Origin: Gemmatimonadota bacterium
GTDB lineage: Bacteria > Gemmatimonadota > Gemmatimonadetes > Palauibacterales > Palauibacteraceae
NCBI GenBank assembly: GCA_963666735.1
Contig: OY762926.1
Location: 1,408,001-1,472,000, forward strand
Reading direction: 5' to 3'
DNA length: 64,000 nucleotides
The first letter of the stretch is position 1; the number at the start of each line of letters is the position of its first letter. The position numbers were made by a program, and so were the translations under genes. Below are positions 50,037 through 58,999 of this stretch, one piece after another. The notes below the pieces were generated by a model. The model had not been told where the DNA came from. It saw only the letters and a program-made list of their open reading frames with translations, and made no database searches.

Positions 50037-50833
50037 GGTCCACCTCTTTCATCGAGAAACGCCACTACTCGGCAGAAGGCGGCTTCCCCGCCCTTGAACT
50101 TCCAGGGGAAGCACCCGATGGTGAGCCGCCGGTTCTGCAGTTCCGGAGCGGCGATCCGTCCGCCCAGGTTCTCTATGTGCATACAGTTGTGCGGGAAGAG
50201 CGCATTGTGCGTGAGCTGATAGTGCTCCTCGGGAAACAGTTCCTCCACGGCCCCGGCCCCGCCGAACACCTTTTCCGCCATCGCGCGCACGCGGTCGCAG
50301 TGTCCGAAGGTACCCTTCCCGAGGAATCTCCCGATGGGGAGGTTCATGGGATGATCCGTGGAGATCGCGTCCACGCCCCAGACCCTGATCTTCCGGTCGA
50401 TGAGCCACCGCACCATGTCCGGGTGCGCGCCGGGGTGGGTGTGGACGTAGCGTTCCTCGTTCGCCTCGGCGCCGAACTGCGCGAAGCGCTCCCAGCCCGT
50501 GTGCAGGATCAGGAGGTCTCCATCGCGGATCTCCACCCGCGATTCGATCATCTCGGGCGTGTACGCGGCGAGATCGCCCATCTCGTCGCGGAGGTCGACG
50601 ATGACGCCGTCCCCGTACAGCCACTCCAGGGGGATCTCGTCGACCGTCATCCCGTTGGTCACGAAGTGGCGGGGGGCGTCGAGGTGCGTGCCCATGTGGT
50701 TCGAGGTCTGGATGTACTGCGCGTTCACCCCGTGCTCGACCTTGCGCTTGATGTACTTGACCTCGAACGGGGGGTAGTAGGGCCAGAAGAAACAGTCCTG
50801 ATTGAGCGGCTGTGAGAGATCGTAGAGTTTCAT
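50033..50833 (-). CDS. Cyclase family (kynurenine formamidase-like) metal hydrolase
   Basis: HMGTHLDAPRH = HxGTHxDxPxH, GVDAISTD, HIENL. Confidence 0.9.
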   Translation of the reverse strand: MKLYDLSQPLNQDCFFWPYYPPFEVKYIKRKVEHGVNAQYIQTSNHMGTHLDAPRHFVTNGMTVDEIPLEWLYGDGVIVDLRDEMGDLAAYTPEMIESRVEIRDGDLLILHTGWERFAQFGAEANEERYVHTHPGAHPDMVRWLIDRKIRVWGVDAISTDHPMNLPIGRFLGKGTFGHCDRVRAMAEKVFGGAGAVEELFPEEHYQLTHNALFPHNCMHIENLGGRIAAPELQNRRLTIGCFPWKFKGGEAAFCRVVAFLDERGGP

Positions 50834-50942
50834 GAGCGCGAGGTTCCATCGGGTTCGAGGTTGAAGTGGCGAGGACCGATGGCCGTACGCTCCCCCATCC
50901 GGCCGGGGAACGCAATGCCGGGGGCTATGACGGGGGCTCGGG

Positions 50943-52538
50943 TCAGGACGGCCGGGCCCGGTCGTCGAAGAGCGCCTGCACGGCCGGCTTCCTCACCTTG
51001 CCCATCGCGTTCCGGGGCAGGTCTCCGACGCAGAGCCAGGCGCGCGGCACCTTGTAGCGCGCGAGCCGCTCGCGGATCCACGGATCCAGCCGTTCGGCGA
51101 GCGCGTCCGACCGCGGCGCCGCGCCGGGTTCGGGGACGACCGCGGCGGCGATCCGTTCTCCCCAGTCCTCGTCCGGGATCCCGACCACGGCGCAGTCGCG
51201 AACCTCCGGGTGCGCGCGCAGGAGTTCCTCGATCTCGACCGCCGAGATCTTGTAGCCGCCGCTCTTGAGGATGTCGACGGAGCGGCGCCCCAGAAGACGG
51301 TAGTAGCCGTCCTCGAGGACTGCCTCATCTCCGGTCAGGAACCACCCGTCAACGAAGGCGGCCGCCGTCTCGCGGGGACGGCGCCAGTATTCGGAGAACA
51401 CCATGGGGCCGCGAATCCGGATTTCCCCCGACTCTCCCGGCTCCCGGGCTTCCAGGGCTTCCACGCCCTCCGCGAGCACGCGCCCCGTGGCCGGGCGCAC
51501 GAGACGCAGGCCGACGCCGGGCAGAGGCTGGCCCACGGTGCCCGGCCGCCGCTCGCCGTCATAGGGATTCGAGAGCCCCATGCCGATCTCCGTCATGCCG
51601 TAGCGCTCGAGGAGGCGGTGCCCGGTGATCTCCTCCCACCGCCGGAACACGCGCACGGGGAGGGCCGCCGAACCCGACACCATCAGCCGGAGCGCGCTCA
51701 CGCCCCGCGACCAGCGGCCGCGGTCGGAGTCTTCCGCAGCTTCCCAGGCGCGCAGGAGCTTGGCGTAGATCGTCGGCACGGCCATGAACACGCTGATGTC
51801 GCCCGAGGCGAGTCGCTCCCAGGTGCGCGCCGGGTCGAACGACCCGCCGAACTCCACCGCGGCCCCCGCGTAGAGCGGACAGCAGAGGGCGTTGACGATT
51901 CCGTGCGTGTGATGAAGGGGGAGGACGTGAAGGATGCGGTCGTCGCGCTCCCACCTCCACGCATCGAGCAGCGACCGGATGTGCGCCTCGATCTGGCCGT
52001 GCGTCGTCACGACTCCCTTGGGGCGTCCCGTCGTGCCGCTGGTGTAGAGGATCATCGCGGGCCGGTCCAGCCCGACCGGTGGCAGCGGACCCGGGTCGGG
52101 CGCGTCGAACGCGGCAGAGTCTGCGTTCGTTGCGGATGCGTCGCGAGATGCGTCGTGAAACGGGATGCCGCGCTCCCGCGCGGGGCCCTCAATGCGACCG
52201 CCCGTTTCTCCGGCCCCGATGAGCGCGCCGCAGTCCGCGTCATCGATCACGTATTCGATCTCGCGCGCGGGATGGTCCGGACAGAGGGGCACGGCGATCC
52301 CGCCGGCGCGCCAGATGGCCCACTGGGTGACGACGTACTCGAATCCCGGCTCCATGAGGAACCCCACCCGGGCCCCGTCCAGATCGGCGAGCCCCACCCG
52401 GGAGAGGAGCCGGCGTGCCTGGAGTCGTGAGCCGGCCTCGAGTTCTTCATATGTATGAGAGGCGCTGTCGGCGATCACCGCGGCACGCGCCGACCACTCG
52501 CGGGGCCGATGGATTAGAGGGGGGACGTTCACGCCCAC
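50943..52538 (-). CDS. Acyl-CoA synthetase (MatB/ACSF3 malonyl-CoA ligase-like)
   Basis: YTSGTTGRPKG, LPLHHTHG, ERYGMTE, TGD, PRNAMGK. Confidence 0.9.
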   Translation of the reverse strand: MGVNVPPLIHRPREWSARAAVIADSASHTYEELEAGSRLQARRLLSRVGLADLDGARVGFLMEPGFEYVVTQWAIWRAGGIAVPLCPDHPAREIEYVIDDADCGALIGAGETGGRIEGPARERGIPFHDASRDASATNADSAAFDAPDPGPLPPVGLDRPAMILYTSGTTGRPKGVVTTHGQIEAHIRSLLDAWRWERDDRILHVLPLHHTHGIVNALCCPLYAGAAVEFGGSFDPARTWERLASGDISVFMAVPTIYAKLLRAWEAAEDSDRGRWSRGVSALRLMVSGSAALPVRVFRRWEEITGHRLLERYGMTEIGMGLSNPYDGERRPGTVGQPLPGVGLRLVRPATGRVLAEGVEALEAREPGESGEIRIRGPMVFSEYWRRPRETAAAFVDGWFLTGDEAVLEDGYYRLLGRRSVDILKSGGYKISAVEIEELLRAHPEVRDCAVVGIPDEDWGERIAAAVVPEPGAAPRSDALAERLDPWIRERLARYKVPRAWLCVGDLPRNAMGKVRKPAVQALFDDRARPS

Positions 52539-52602
52539 CGATCAGCGTCGATTACGCGCACGAGCGCGGCTGTGCCGGAGAGAGTCAGGAGCGGGGGCCT
52601 CC

Positions 52603-52857
52603 CTACTTTGCGTGCGCTTCGTAGTAGGCGCGAAGGATCGCATTGATCCTCGTCTGATACCCTCGGCCCTGCTCCTTCAACCACGCGAGGACATCGCTGT
52701 CGAGACGAATCGTGACCTGCTTCTTGCCGGGGGGAACCACGATCCGCGCAGTCGCAAGAAACGCGGCATCGACCTCCGGGATGTCCGAGTAATTGATACT
52801 CTCATCCGTCATCTGATCGATTCGCTTCAGATCGCTCTTCGTACGCTTGTTGCTCAC
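52603..52857 (-). CDS. brnA: BrnA family antitoxin
   Basis: NYSDIPE…KKQVTIRLDSDVLAWLK…GYQTRINAILR. Confidence 0.92.
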   Translation of the reverse strand: MSNKRTKSDLKRIDQMTDESINYSDIPEVDAAFLATARIVVPPGKKQVTIRLDSDVLAWLKEQGRGYQTRINAILRAYYEAHAK

Positions 52858-52978
52858 GGCTATTCGCCTTTCTCATCGAGATGGTCCGCATGTTCCCGTT
52901 GCGTGGCGTGTGGGCGATGATTCATACAATGCTCCCGCGCCCCTCCCATCCCCTTGGTTGACACAAACACATTTCCAT
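52802..52978 (-). pseudogene. brnT: Degenerate BrnT toxin remnant
   Basis: Minus frame MEMCLCQPRGWEGRGSIV*IIAHTPRNGNMRTISMRKANSREQQAYEE…*; the C-terminal half matches the BrnT RIISxRKAxxRE motif and overlaps the brnA start. Confidence 0.75.
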
Positions 52979-52981
52979 GTA

Positions 52982-53018
52982 TACCTACACTTGTAGGTAC
53001 GACCACATCCGATGTCAA
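52982..53018 (-). promoter_or_regulatory. brnTA promoter with palindromic operator
   Basis: TTGACA-N17-TACAAG on the minus strand; TACCTACA-CT-TGTAGGTA inverted repeat (52982-99) over the -10. Confidence 0.65.
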
Positions 53019-53028
53019 GGACGGGTGG

Positions 53029-53934
53029 TCAAGCCGGGCGCGGTCGGGCGCGGTCGGCGGCGCGCGACAGCACGCGGGAGGTCAGGACGCGGATCAGGTG
53101 CCGGCGGTACGCCTCGTTGGCGTGCATGTCGGCGGCGGGGTCGGAGGTCTCCGCGCATGTGGCGGCGGCGGCTTCGATCGCTGTCGGCGCCGGCTCCGCG
53201 CCGACGAGTGTCTGCGCGGCCTCTCTCATCAGACAGGGGGTGGATCCCCCGTTCACGAGCGAGATCGCAGCATCATCGCAGACCCCGCCGGAGTCCAGCC
53301 GCACTCGCGCCGCGACGCCGGCGAGCGCGTAGTCGCCTCGGCGCCGGGCGATCTCGTCGAAGGCCGTCCCCTCTCCCGCGACGGACGGCGGCACTTCGAT
53401 CGCGGTCAGGAGTTCATCGGGATCGAGGGCGGAGTAGAACGGGCCGAGGAAGAAGTCGCCCAGATCCAGGGTCCGCTGCGCGCGAGAGCCGGACTCCCCG
53501 TCGCGCGAGCGGCGCGCGATCCGCACGCGCGCCCCGAGCGTGAGGAGGACGGCGGGCAGTTCCGCGGCCGGATCGGCGTGGGCCACGGAGCCTCCGACCG
53601 TACCCCGCGAACGAATCTGCGGGTGGGCGATGAAGGGAGCCGTCTCGGCCAGGAGCGGCGTCCGGCGCGCGATGAGCGGTTCGTGTTCCAGCCGACGATG
53701 CCGGACCATGGCGCCGAGACGGAGCCCTCCACCCTCCATCTCCTCCACCCGCGCCAGTTCCTCGATCCCGTTCAGGTCCACGAGCCGTTCCGGCGCCGCG
53801 AGACGGAAGTTCAGCATGGGGACGAGGCTCTGTCCCCCCGCCAGGGGACGTGTCTCCAGCGACGTGTCCGCGAGCGCCTCCAGGGCCTCGTCGAGCGTGG
53901 CCGCGGCCAGGTACTCGAAGGACGGGGGCTTCAC
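53029..53934 (-). CDS. Xanthine dehydrogenase/CoxM family FAD-binding subunit
   Basis: AGGQSLVPMLNFR, IRSRGTVGGSVAHADP. Confidence 0.92.
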   Translation of the reverse strand: MKPPSFEYLAAATLDEALEALADTSLETRPLAGGQSLVPMLNFRLAAPERLVDLNGIEELARVEEMEGGGLRLGAMVRHRRLEHEPLIARRTPLLAETAPFIAHPQIRSRGTVGGSVAHADPAAELPAVLLTLGARVRIARRSRDGESGSRAQRTLDLGDFFLGPFYSALDPDELLTAIEVPPSVAGEGTAFDEIARRRGDYALAGVAARVRLDSGGVCDDAAISLVNGGSTPCLMREAAQTLVGAEPAPTAIEAAAATCAETSDPAADMHANEAYRRHLIRVLTSRVLSRAADRARPRPA

Positions 53935-56324
53935 GACGCGCCCGCCGGGGGCACCGCTCGTGGCCCCGGACTCTGCTTCGCGTGCGCCTGAAGGAGTTCG
54001 AACAGGCGGCGCGGACTCGAGGGGATATCGAGGATCTCAAGTCCCGGTGCGATGCCGGCCAGCGCATCCTCCACGGCCTGCGCGAAGGCGGCCGCGACCG
54101 GGATCGCCCCCCCCTCCCCCACCCCCTTCGTCCCGAGAGGGTTCAGCGTCGAGGGCGTCTCGATGTGCGCCGTCTCGATCGCGGGCACGTCGGTCGAGGT
54201 CGGGAGCAGGTAATCCATGAACGAGGCGTTGCTCGTCCCGCCGAACTCGTCGAACACGAGTTCCTCGTAGAAGGCGTTGCCGATCCCCGCCGCGACGCCG
54301 CCGTGGATCTGCCCTTCCACGATCGTGGGGTTGATGACCGTCCCGCAGTCGTGCACGACGAGGTAGCGCAGGATCTCGACCATCGCCGTCTCCGGATCCA
54401 CCGCGACGACGACGGCGTGCGTCCCGTTGGCGGTCGTCCCGTACGGCGGGCCGAAGTACGAGGTCGCCTCCAGGCCCGGCTCGGTGCCGGGCTCCACGGC
54501 CCCGCGCAATGGGTTGGCGGCCAGCGCCAGCGCGCCGAGATCGACGGAGAGGTCCGGGGCGCCCCGCACGCGGGCTGCGCCGTCGGCGAGTTCGAGGTCC
54601 TCGGGGTCGACCTCGAGCGCCTCCGCGGCGTGGCGCAGAATCTTCTCGCGCACCGATTGCGCCGCGGCGTGGATCGCGTTGCCGGCGACGACCGCCCCGC
54701 GGCTCGCGAAGGTGCCCGTCCCCCAGTGGAAGTCGCTCGTGTCCCCGGTCACGACCCGCACGTCGGACGGCGTCACCCCGATCGCGTCGGCCACGATCTG
54801 CGCGAAGGAAGTGAAGTGCCCCTGGCCCTGGGTTCCGACGCCGGTCGCGAGACGGACCGTGCCGCCGGGCTCGACGGTGATGCGGGCCCCCTCGTAGGGA
54901 CCGATCCCCGTCCCTTCCACGTAGTTGACGACGCCGACGCCGACCGCGCGTCCGTCCGCCCGCACCCGCTCGCGTTCCCGCGGGAACGTCTCTTCGTAGC
55001 CGACGAGGCGGACGGTCTCTTCCAGCGACTCCTCGTAACTGCCGCTGTCGTAGCGGAGCGGGGCGAAGTCCTGGTACATGATCTCGTGATTGTACGGGAA
55101 CTCGTCCGGGCCGATCACGTTGCGCCGCCGGATCTCGACCGGATCGAGGCCGAGGCCGCGCGCCGCGAGGTCGAGCAGGCGCTCCATGACGAACACGCCG
55201 TGCTGCCGTCCCGCCCCCCGCACGGGCGTGACGATCGGCTTGTTCGTGAACGCGACCCGGAACTCGCTCTCGTAGTTCGGCACCCGGTAGGGCCCGAGAA
55301 GCGTGCACTGGGTGTTGATGGGGATCGTGAGACCGTAGGGGTCGTACGCGCCGGAATCGTGGACGAAGATGTCCCGCACGCCCAGGATCCGGCCCTCGCG
55401 CGTGACCGCGATCTCCGCCTCGTGCAGTTGCCCCCGCTCCTGGGTGGTGGCGAAGAAGTTCTCGTACCGGTCCTCGACCCACTTCACGGGCCGCCCCAGC
55501 TGGATCGACGCCCAGGGGACGAGGATCTCCTCCGCGTAGAACATGATCTTCGGGCCGAAACCGCCGCCGACGAAGGGGGCGACGAACCGCACCTGCGACT
55601 CCGACAGGCCGAGAGCCGCGGCCACGACGTTGCGCACGGGGATGGGAGCCTGCGTCGTGTCCCATACCTGCAGCCGGCCGGCCCGCGCATCCCACTCGGC
55701 CACGACGGCCCGGTTCTCGATCGCGCCCCCGATTCCCCGGTCGTATGAGAAGCGGCGCTCCAGCACGAGGTCGGCCCGGGCGCGGGCGGCGGCGTAGTCC
55801 CCCTTCGCCTGCCGAACGTGCGCCGCAAGGTTCGACGGGAGGTCGTCGTGTACGCGAGGCGCATCCGCATCGAGCGCCCGCCCGAGATCCACGACGGGAT
55901 CGAGCGGTTCGATGTCGGCCTCCACGAGTTGGGCCGCGTCCTCGGCGACGTAGCGGCTCTCCGCGACGATCATGGCCAGCGCCTCGCCCTGATGCCGGAT
56001 CCGGTCGCGGACCAGGGGGAGCGCCGTGCGCGCGTGGAACACCAGTCCTTCGAGCGGCGGCGGCGGCACGAGTACCGCGCCGGGCCGGAGGAGCGAGCCG
56101 AGGTCGTCGGCCGTGAAGACGGCGCGGACGCCGGGGTGCGCCCGGGCGCTCTCCACATCGAGGCTCCGGAGCCGCCCGGCGGGCAGGTCGCTCCGCACGA
56201 AGGCGACGTGCAGCGCGCCCGGCGGCTCAACGTCTTCGACGAACTGCGCGCGGCCGGTGAGCAGCCGCGCGTCCTCGTTGCGTGGCACCCGCGCCCCGAC
56301 CCACGTCCCTCCCGCGCGGCTCAT
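53931..56324 (-). CDS. Xanthine dehydrogenase/CoxL family molybdopterin-binding subunit
   Basis: GGGFGPK, PVRGAGR, QGQGH, GQIHGG, KGVGEG. Confidence 0.92.
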   Translation of the reverse strand: MSRAGGTWVGARVPRNEDARLLTGRAQFVEDVEPPGALHVAFVRSDLPAGRLRSLDVESARAHPGVRAVFTADDLGSLLRPGAVLVPPPPLEGLVFHARTALPLVRDRIRHQGEALAMIVAESRYVAEDAAQLVEADIEPLDPVVDLGRALDADAPRVHDDLPSNLAAHVRQAKGDYAAARARADLVLERRFSYDRGIGGAIENRAVVAEWDARAGRLQVWDTTQAPIPVRNVVAAALGLSESQVRFVAPFVGGGFGPKIMFYAEEILVPWASIQLGRPVKWVEDRYENFFATTQERGQLHEAEIAVTREGRILGVRDIFVHDSGAYDPYGLTIPINTQCTLLGPYRVPNYESEFRVAFTNKPIVTPVRGAGRQHGVFVMERLLDLAARGLGLDPVEIRRRNVIGPDEFPYNHEIMYQDFAPLRYDSGSYEESLEETVRLVGYEETFPRERERVRADGRAVGVGVVNYVEGTGIGPYEGARITVEPGGTVRLATGVGTQGQGHFTSFAQIVADAIGVTPSDVRVVTGDTSDFHWGTGTFASRGAVVAGNAIHAAAQSVREKILRHAAEALEVDPEDLELADGAARVRGAPDLSVDLGALALAANPLRGAVEPGTEPGLEATSYFGPPYGTTANGTHAVVVAVDPETAMVEILRYLVVHDCGTVINPTIVEGQIHGGVAAGIGNAFYEELVFDEFGGTSNASFMDYLLPTSTDVPAIETAHIETPSTLNPLGTKGVGEGGAIPVAAAFAQAVEDALAGIAPGLEILDIPSSPRRLFELLQAHAKQSPGPRAVPPAGAS

Positions 56325-56340
56325 GCGCGACCCGGACGGC

Positions 56341-56889
56341 TCACGGCTCGCCCTCCCCACCGGCGGCGGTCGGGCCATCGGAGGCGGGGCCAGCCGCTGC
56401 GAGGCGCTCGGCCGCCCGCGCGACCCCCTCGACGATGTTGTGGTAGCCCGTGCAGCGGCACAGGTGTCCGGACACCGCCTCGCGGATCTCCTCGCGCGAA
56501 GGCGCCGGGTTCTCGCGCAGGAAGGCCTCCGCCGTCATCAGGATCCCCGGGGTGCAGAAGCCGCATTGCAGCCCGTGCGCCTCGTGCAGCGCCCGCTGGA
56601 CCGGGTGCAGGTCCTCGACGAAGAGCCGGCCGCCGGGGCCGCCGTCCGCCAGTCCCTCGACCGTCATCACCTCGTGACCGTCGATCTGCACCGCGAACAT
56701 GAGACAGGCTCGAACCGGTTCCCCGTCCAGTTGCACGGTGCAGGCCCCGCACACCCCGTGCTCGCACCCCACATGCGTCCCCGTGAGCCCGGCGTCGGAG
56801 CGCAGGAAATCCGACAGGAGGAGCCGCGGCTCCACTTCGCCGCGCCACTCGATGCCGTTGATCCGCGCGGATATTCGTACGGAGACCAA
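56341..56889 (-). CDS. (2Fe-2S)-binding subunit (CoxS-like)
   Basis: GCEHGVCGACT, QCGFCTPG, CRCTGY; TTG 56889 inferred. Confidence 0.92.
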   Translation of the reverse strand: MVSVRISARINGIEWRGEVEPRLLLSDFLRSDAGLTGTHVGCEHGVCGACTVQLDGEPVRACLMFAVQIDGHEVMTVEGLADGGPGGRLFVEDLHPVQRALHEAHGLQCGFCTPGILMTAEAFLRENPAPSREEIREAVSGHLCRCTGYHNIVEGVARAAERLAAAGPASDGPTAAGGEGEP

Positions 56890-56894
56890 CGCCG

Positions 56895-58913
56895 CTACGG
56901 GACGAGTTCCTGGCGCGGCTGGAGCTTCACCGCCCACAGCCCGCTGAAGTACTCCGCGAAGAAGAGGTTCCCCTTATGGATCTGCGGCCCCCACGTGAAG
57001 GGCGCGTTCGCCACCACGCCGTCCGGATCGTACGCCATGTAGCGCGCGATCTCACGACCCTGTTCGCCCAGGTTTCCCTTCAGTTCGCCGGAGATGTCGA
57101 GCACGCGCAGCCCGCCGTTGTAGAACGCCGCGTAGAGCTTGTCGTCCTCGATCCACATGTTGTGCGAGCCCGCCTCGGGGATGTCGTAGCGGGCGACTTC
57201 CTCCGGGTTTTCGGGATCCGTGAAGTCCACCACGTGGATGTAGCCCGACATGAACTGGGGCGTACGCTCCGGATCCTGCCCGTCGAACCCCGGCCGCCCC
57301 GCCTCATCTCCCATGAACACGTAGAAGCGTCCCGTGGGACTCCGGTACGGGAAGGCCGCGTGCGTCCGCCCGCCGATGTCGCGGAAGCGCGTGATTTCCA
57401 CCGGATTTGAGGGTGAGCCGCCGCGGTCGCCGCCGCCCACGTCGATGAGCACGACACCGTCGCCCCAGTTCGAGGTGTACGCGATCCCGTCCACGATCCA
57501 GATGTCGTGGATCGCGTGGCCCGGCGTATCGAGTTCGAACCGGCCCACGCGGTGCGGGCTGGCGGGATCCTCGATGTTGATGACGTCGAAGCGCCGCCCG
57601 TTGTTCACCGCGTACACGTGGTCCTGGTAGACGAACAGGTTGTGGACGCCGCCCGTGAGTTCGTCGTCGAACACCGAGATCTGCGTCACCTCCCGCGGGT
57701 CCCGGCAGTCGAGGATGACGATCCCGTTGCGGCGGTTCGAGGCCCCTTCGCGCGAGATCACGCAGACCTCTCCGTCCTCGCTCACCTTCACGTCGTTCGT
57801 CGTGCGCGCATCGACCACGACGGAGTCCGTGAGGACGGGACTCGCCGGATCCGTCACATCCCAGAAGTAGACGGCGCCCGCCGCGGCGTGCGTGCCCGTG
57901 ATCGCGTAGTCGCGCCCGTCGACGCCCTCCCACACCCACAGGTCCGAGGTGCGCTCGTTGTTCACCTGCCCCTGCCCGACGAACGTCACTTCCTGGGAAG
58001 CGTGCCGCGGATGGACCTCCAGCGAGGTGCGCGCGGCGCGGCCCGGCACGTTGGCCACGACCGTGTACACGCCGGGGAAGTAGGCCACGAAGCGGCCCTG
58101 CTCATCGATCTCCGCCGGGGGGATGTCCGCCGTCGCCTCGATGGAGGGATCCGACATCACGGTCCAGGTGACCGGCAGGTCGCCCACGGCGCCGCCCATC
58201 GCGTCCTCGACCGTCGCCTCGAACCGCACCACGTCGCCCGTTCGCGCCCGTTCGGCGCTCCCCGACACCGTCAGGCGAGCGGCGGGGTTCTCCCTGACCT
58301 CGTAGGGAACCTCCGCGGAGATGCCTTCCGCTTCCGCCTGCAGCACCACCTGTCCCGGAGCGTGCGCCGTGAGGATGCCGAACCGGTCCACCGTTGCGAC
58401 CCCCTCGTCCGACGTGGACCAGCGGATCTCGCCATCACGCTCATCGTCCACCGTGTCGAGCAGCGTCGCCCGGTGGCGCGTCGCGACGCCCACGTACGTC
58501 GACCCGTCCGCCGGCGTCACATCGATCCGGTCCAGCGGGGGGAAGGCCACGCTCACCATCGCCTCGCCACGCAGGCCGCGCGCCGTTGCCACGATGGCCG
58601 AAATCAGGAACTCACCGCCCTTCACGGCTCGCACCCGACCGGTCGCGCGGTCCACGTCGATGCTCTGGCGCGCACTCCCGCTCCGCCCGTCCGCGAACGA
58701 CGGGAAGAACAGGACCTGCGCTTCGAGCACGTTCCCCTCGGCATCCAGGACGCGGGCTTCGAGCGTGGCCTCCTCCCCTACCTCCAGCGACAGCGCGCCG
58801 GGGACGATCTCGACCGAGACCGCCTCCTGCGCCGCGGCGGGAGCAATCGCTGGAAATCTGGCGGCCGAGAGCAAGAGGAGCGTGAGGACTACGGGGCGGG
58901 CGGGAATCTTCAT
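56895..58913 (-). CDS. Secreted Ig-like (Big_2) + LVIVD-repeat beta-propeller protein
   Basis: Signal peptide; WSTSDEGVATVDRFG Ig motif; repeats WDVTDPASP/INIEDPASP/VDFTDPENP. Confidence 0.8.
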   Translation of the reverse strand: MKIPARPVVLTLLLLSAARFPAIAPAAAQEAVSVEIVPGALSLEVGEEATLEARVLDAEGNVLEAQVLFFPSFADGRSGSARQSIDVDRATGRVRAVKGGEFLISAIVATARGLRGEAMVSVAFPPLDRIDVTPADGSTYVGVATRHRATLLDTVDDERDGEIRWSTSDEGVATVDRFGILTAHAPGQVVLQAEAEGISAEVPYEVRENPAARLTVSGSAERARTGDVVRFEATVEDAMGGAVGDLPVTWTVMSDPSIEATADIPPAEIDEQGRFVAYFPGVYTVVANVPGRAARTSLEVHPRHASQEVTFVGQGQVNNERTSDLWVWEGVDGRDYAITGTHAAAGAVYFWDVTDPASPVLTDSVVVDARTTNDVKVSEDGEVCVISREGASNRRNGIVILDCRDPREVTQISVFDDELTGGVHNLFVYQDHVYAVNNGRRFDVINIEDPASPHRVGRFELDTPGHAIHDIWIVDGIAYTSNWGDGVVLIDVGGGDRGGSPSNPVEITRFRDIGGRTHAAFPYRSPTGRFYVFMGDEAGRPGFDGQDPERTPQFMSGYIHVVDFTDPENPEEVARYDIPEAGSHNMWIEDDKLYAAFYNGGLRVLDISGELKGNLGEQGREIARYMAYDPDGVVANAPFTWGPQIHKGNLFFAEYFSGLWAVKLQPRQELVP

Positions 58914-58999
58914 CGTTCGACCTTCGTCTCCGGGAAGTGCGGACCAGACGCCCCAAGATGTCCGTTTCGGAAGCAATGGCGCAAACCAGTCGGGGATCG

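Noticed and set aside
52922..52924. Selenocysteine or read-through of the in-frame TGA in brnT
   Set aside because: Read-through gives only 58 aa lacking the BrnT N-terminal motifs, and no SECIS is evident; a pseudogene is simpler.
52958..52985. + strand TTGACA-N16-TATACC promoter antisense to coxM-like gene
   Set aside because: There is no credible + strand gene downstream, and the match may be a by-product of the AT-rich brn islet.
53931..56324. Aerobic CO dehydrogenase (coxL form I)
   Set aside because: It lacks the AYxCSFR motif, has S-L-M order and has no coxDEFG accessory genes.
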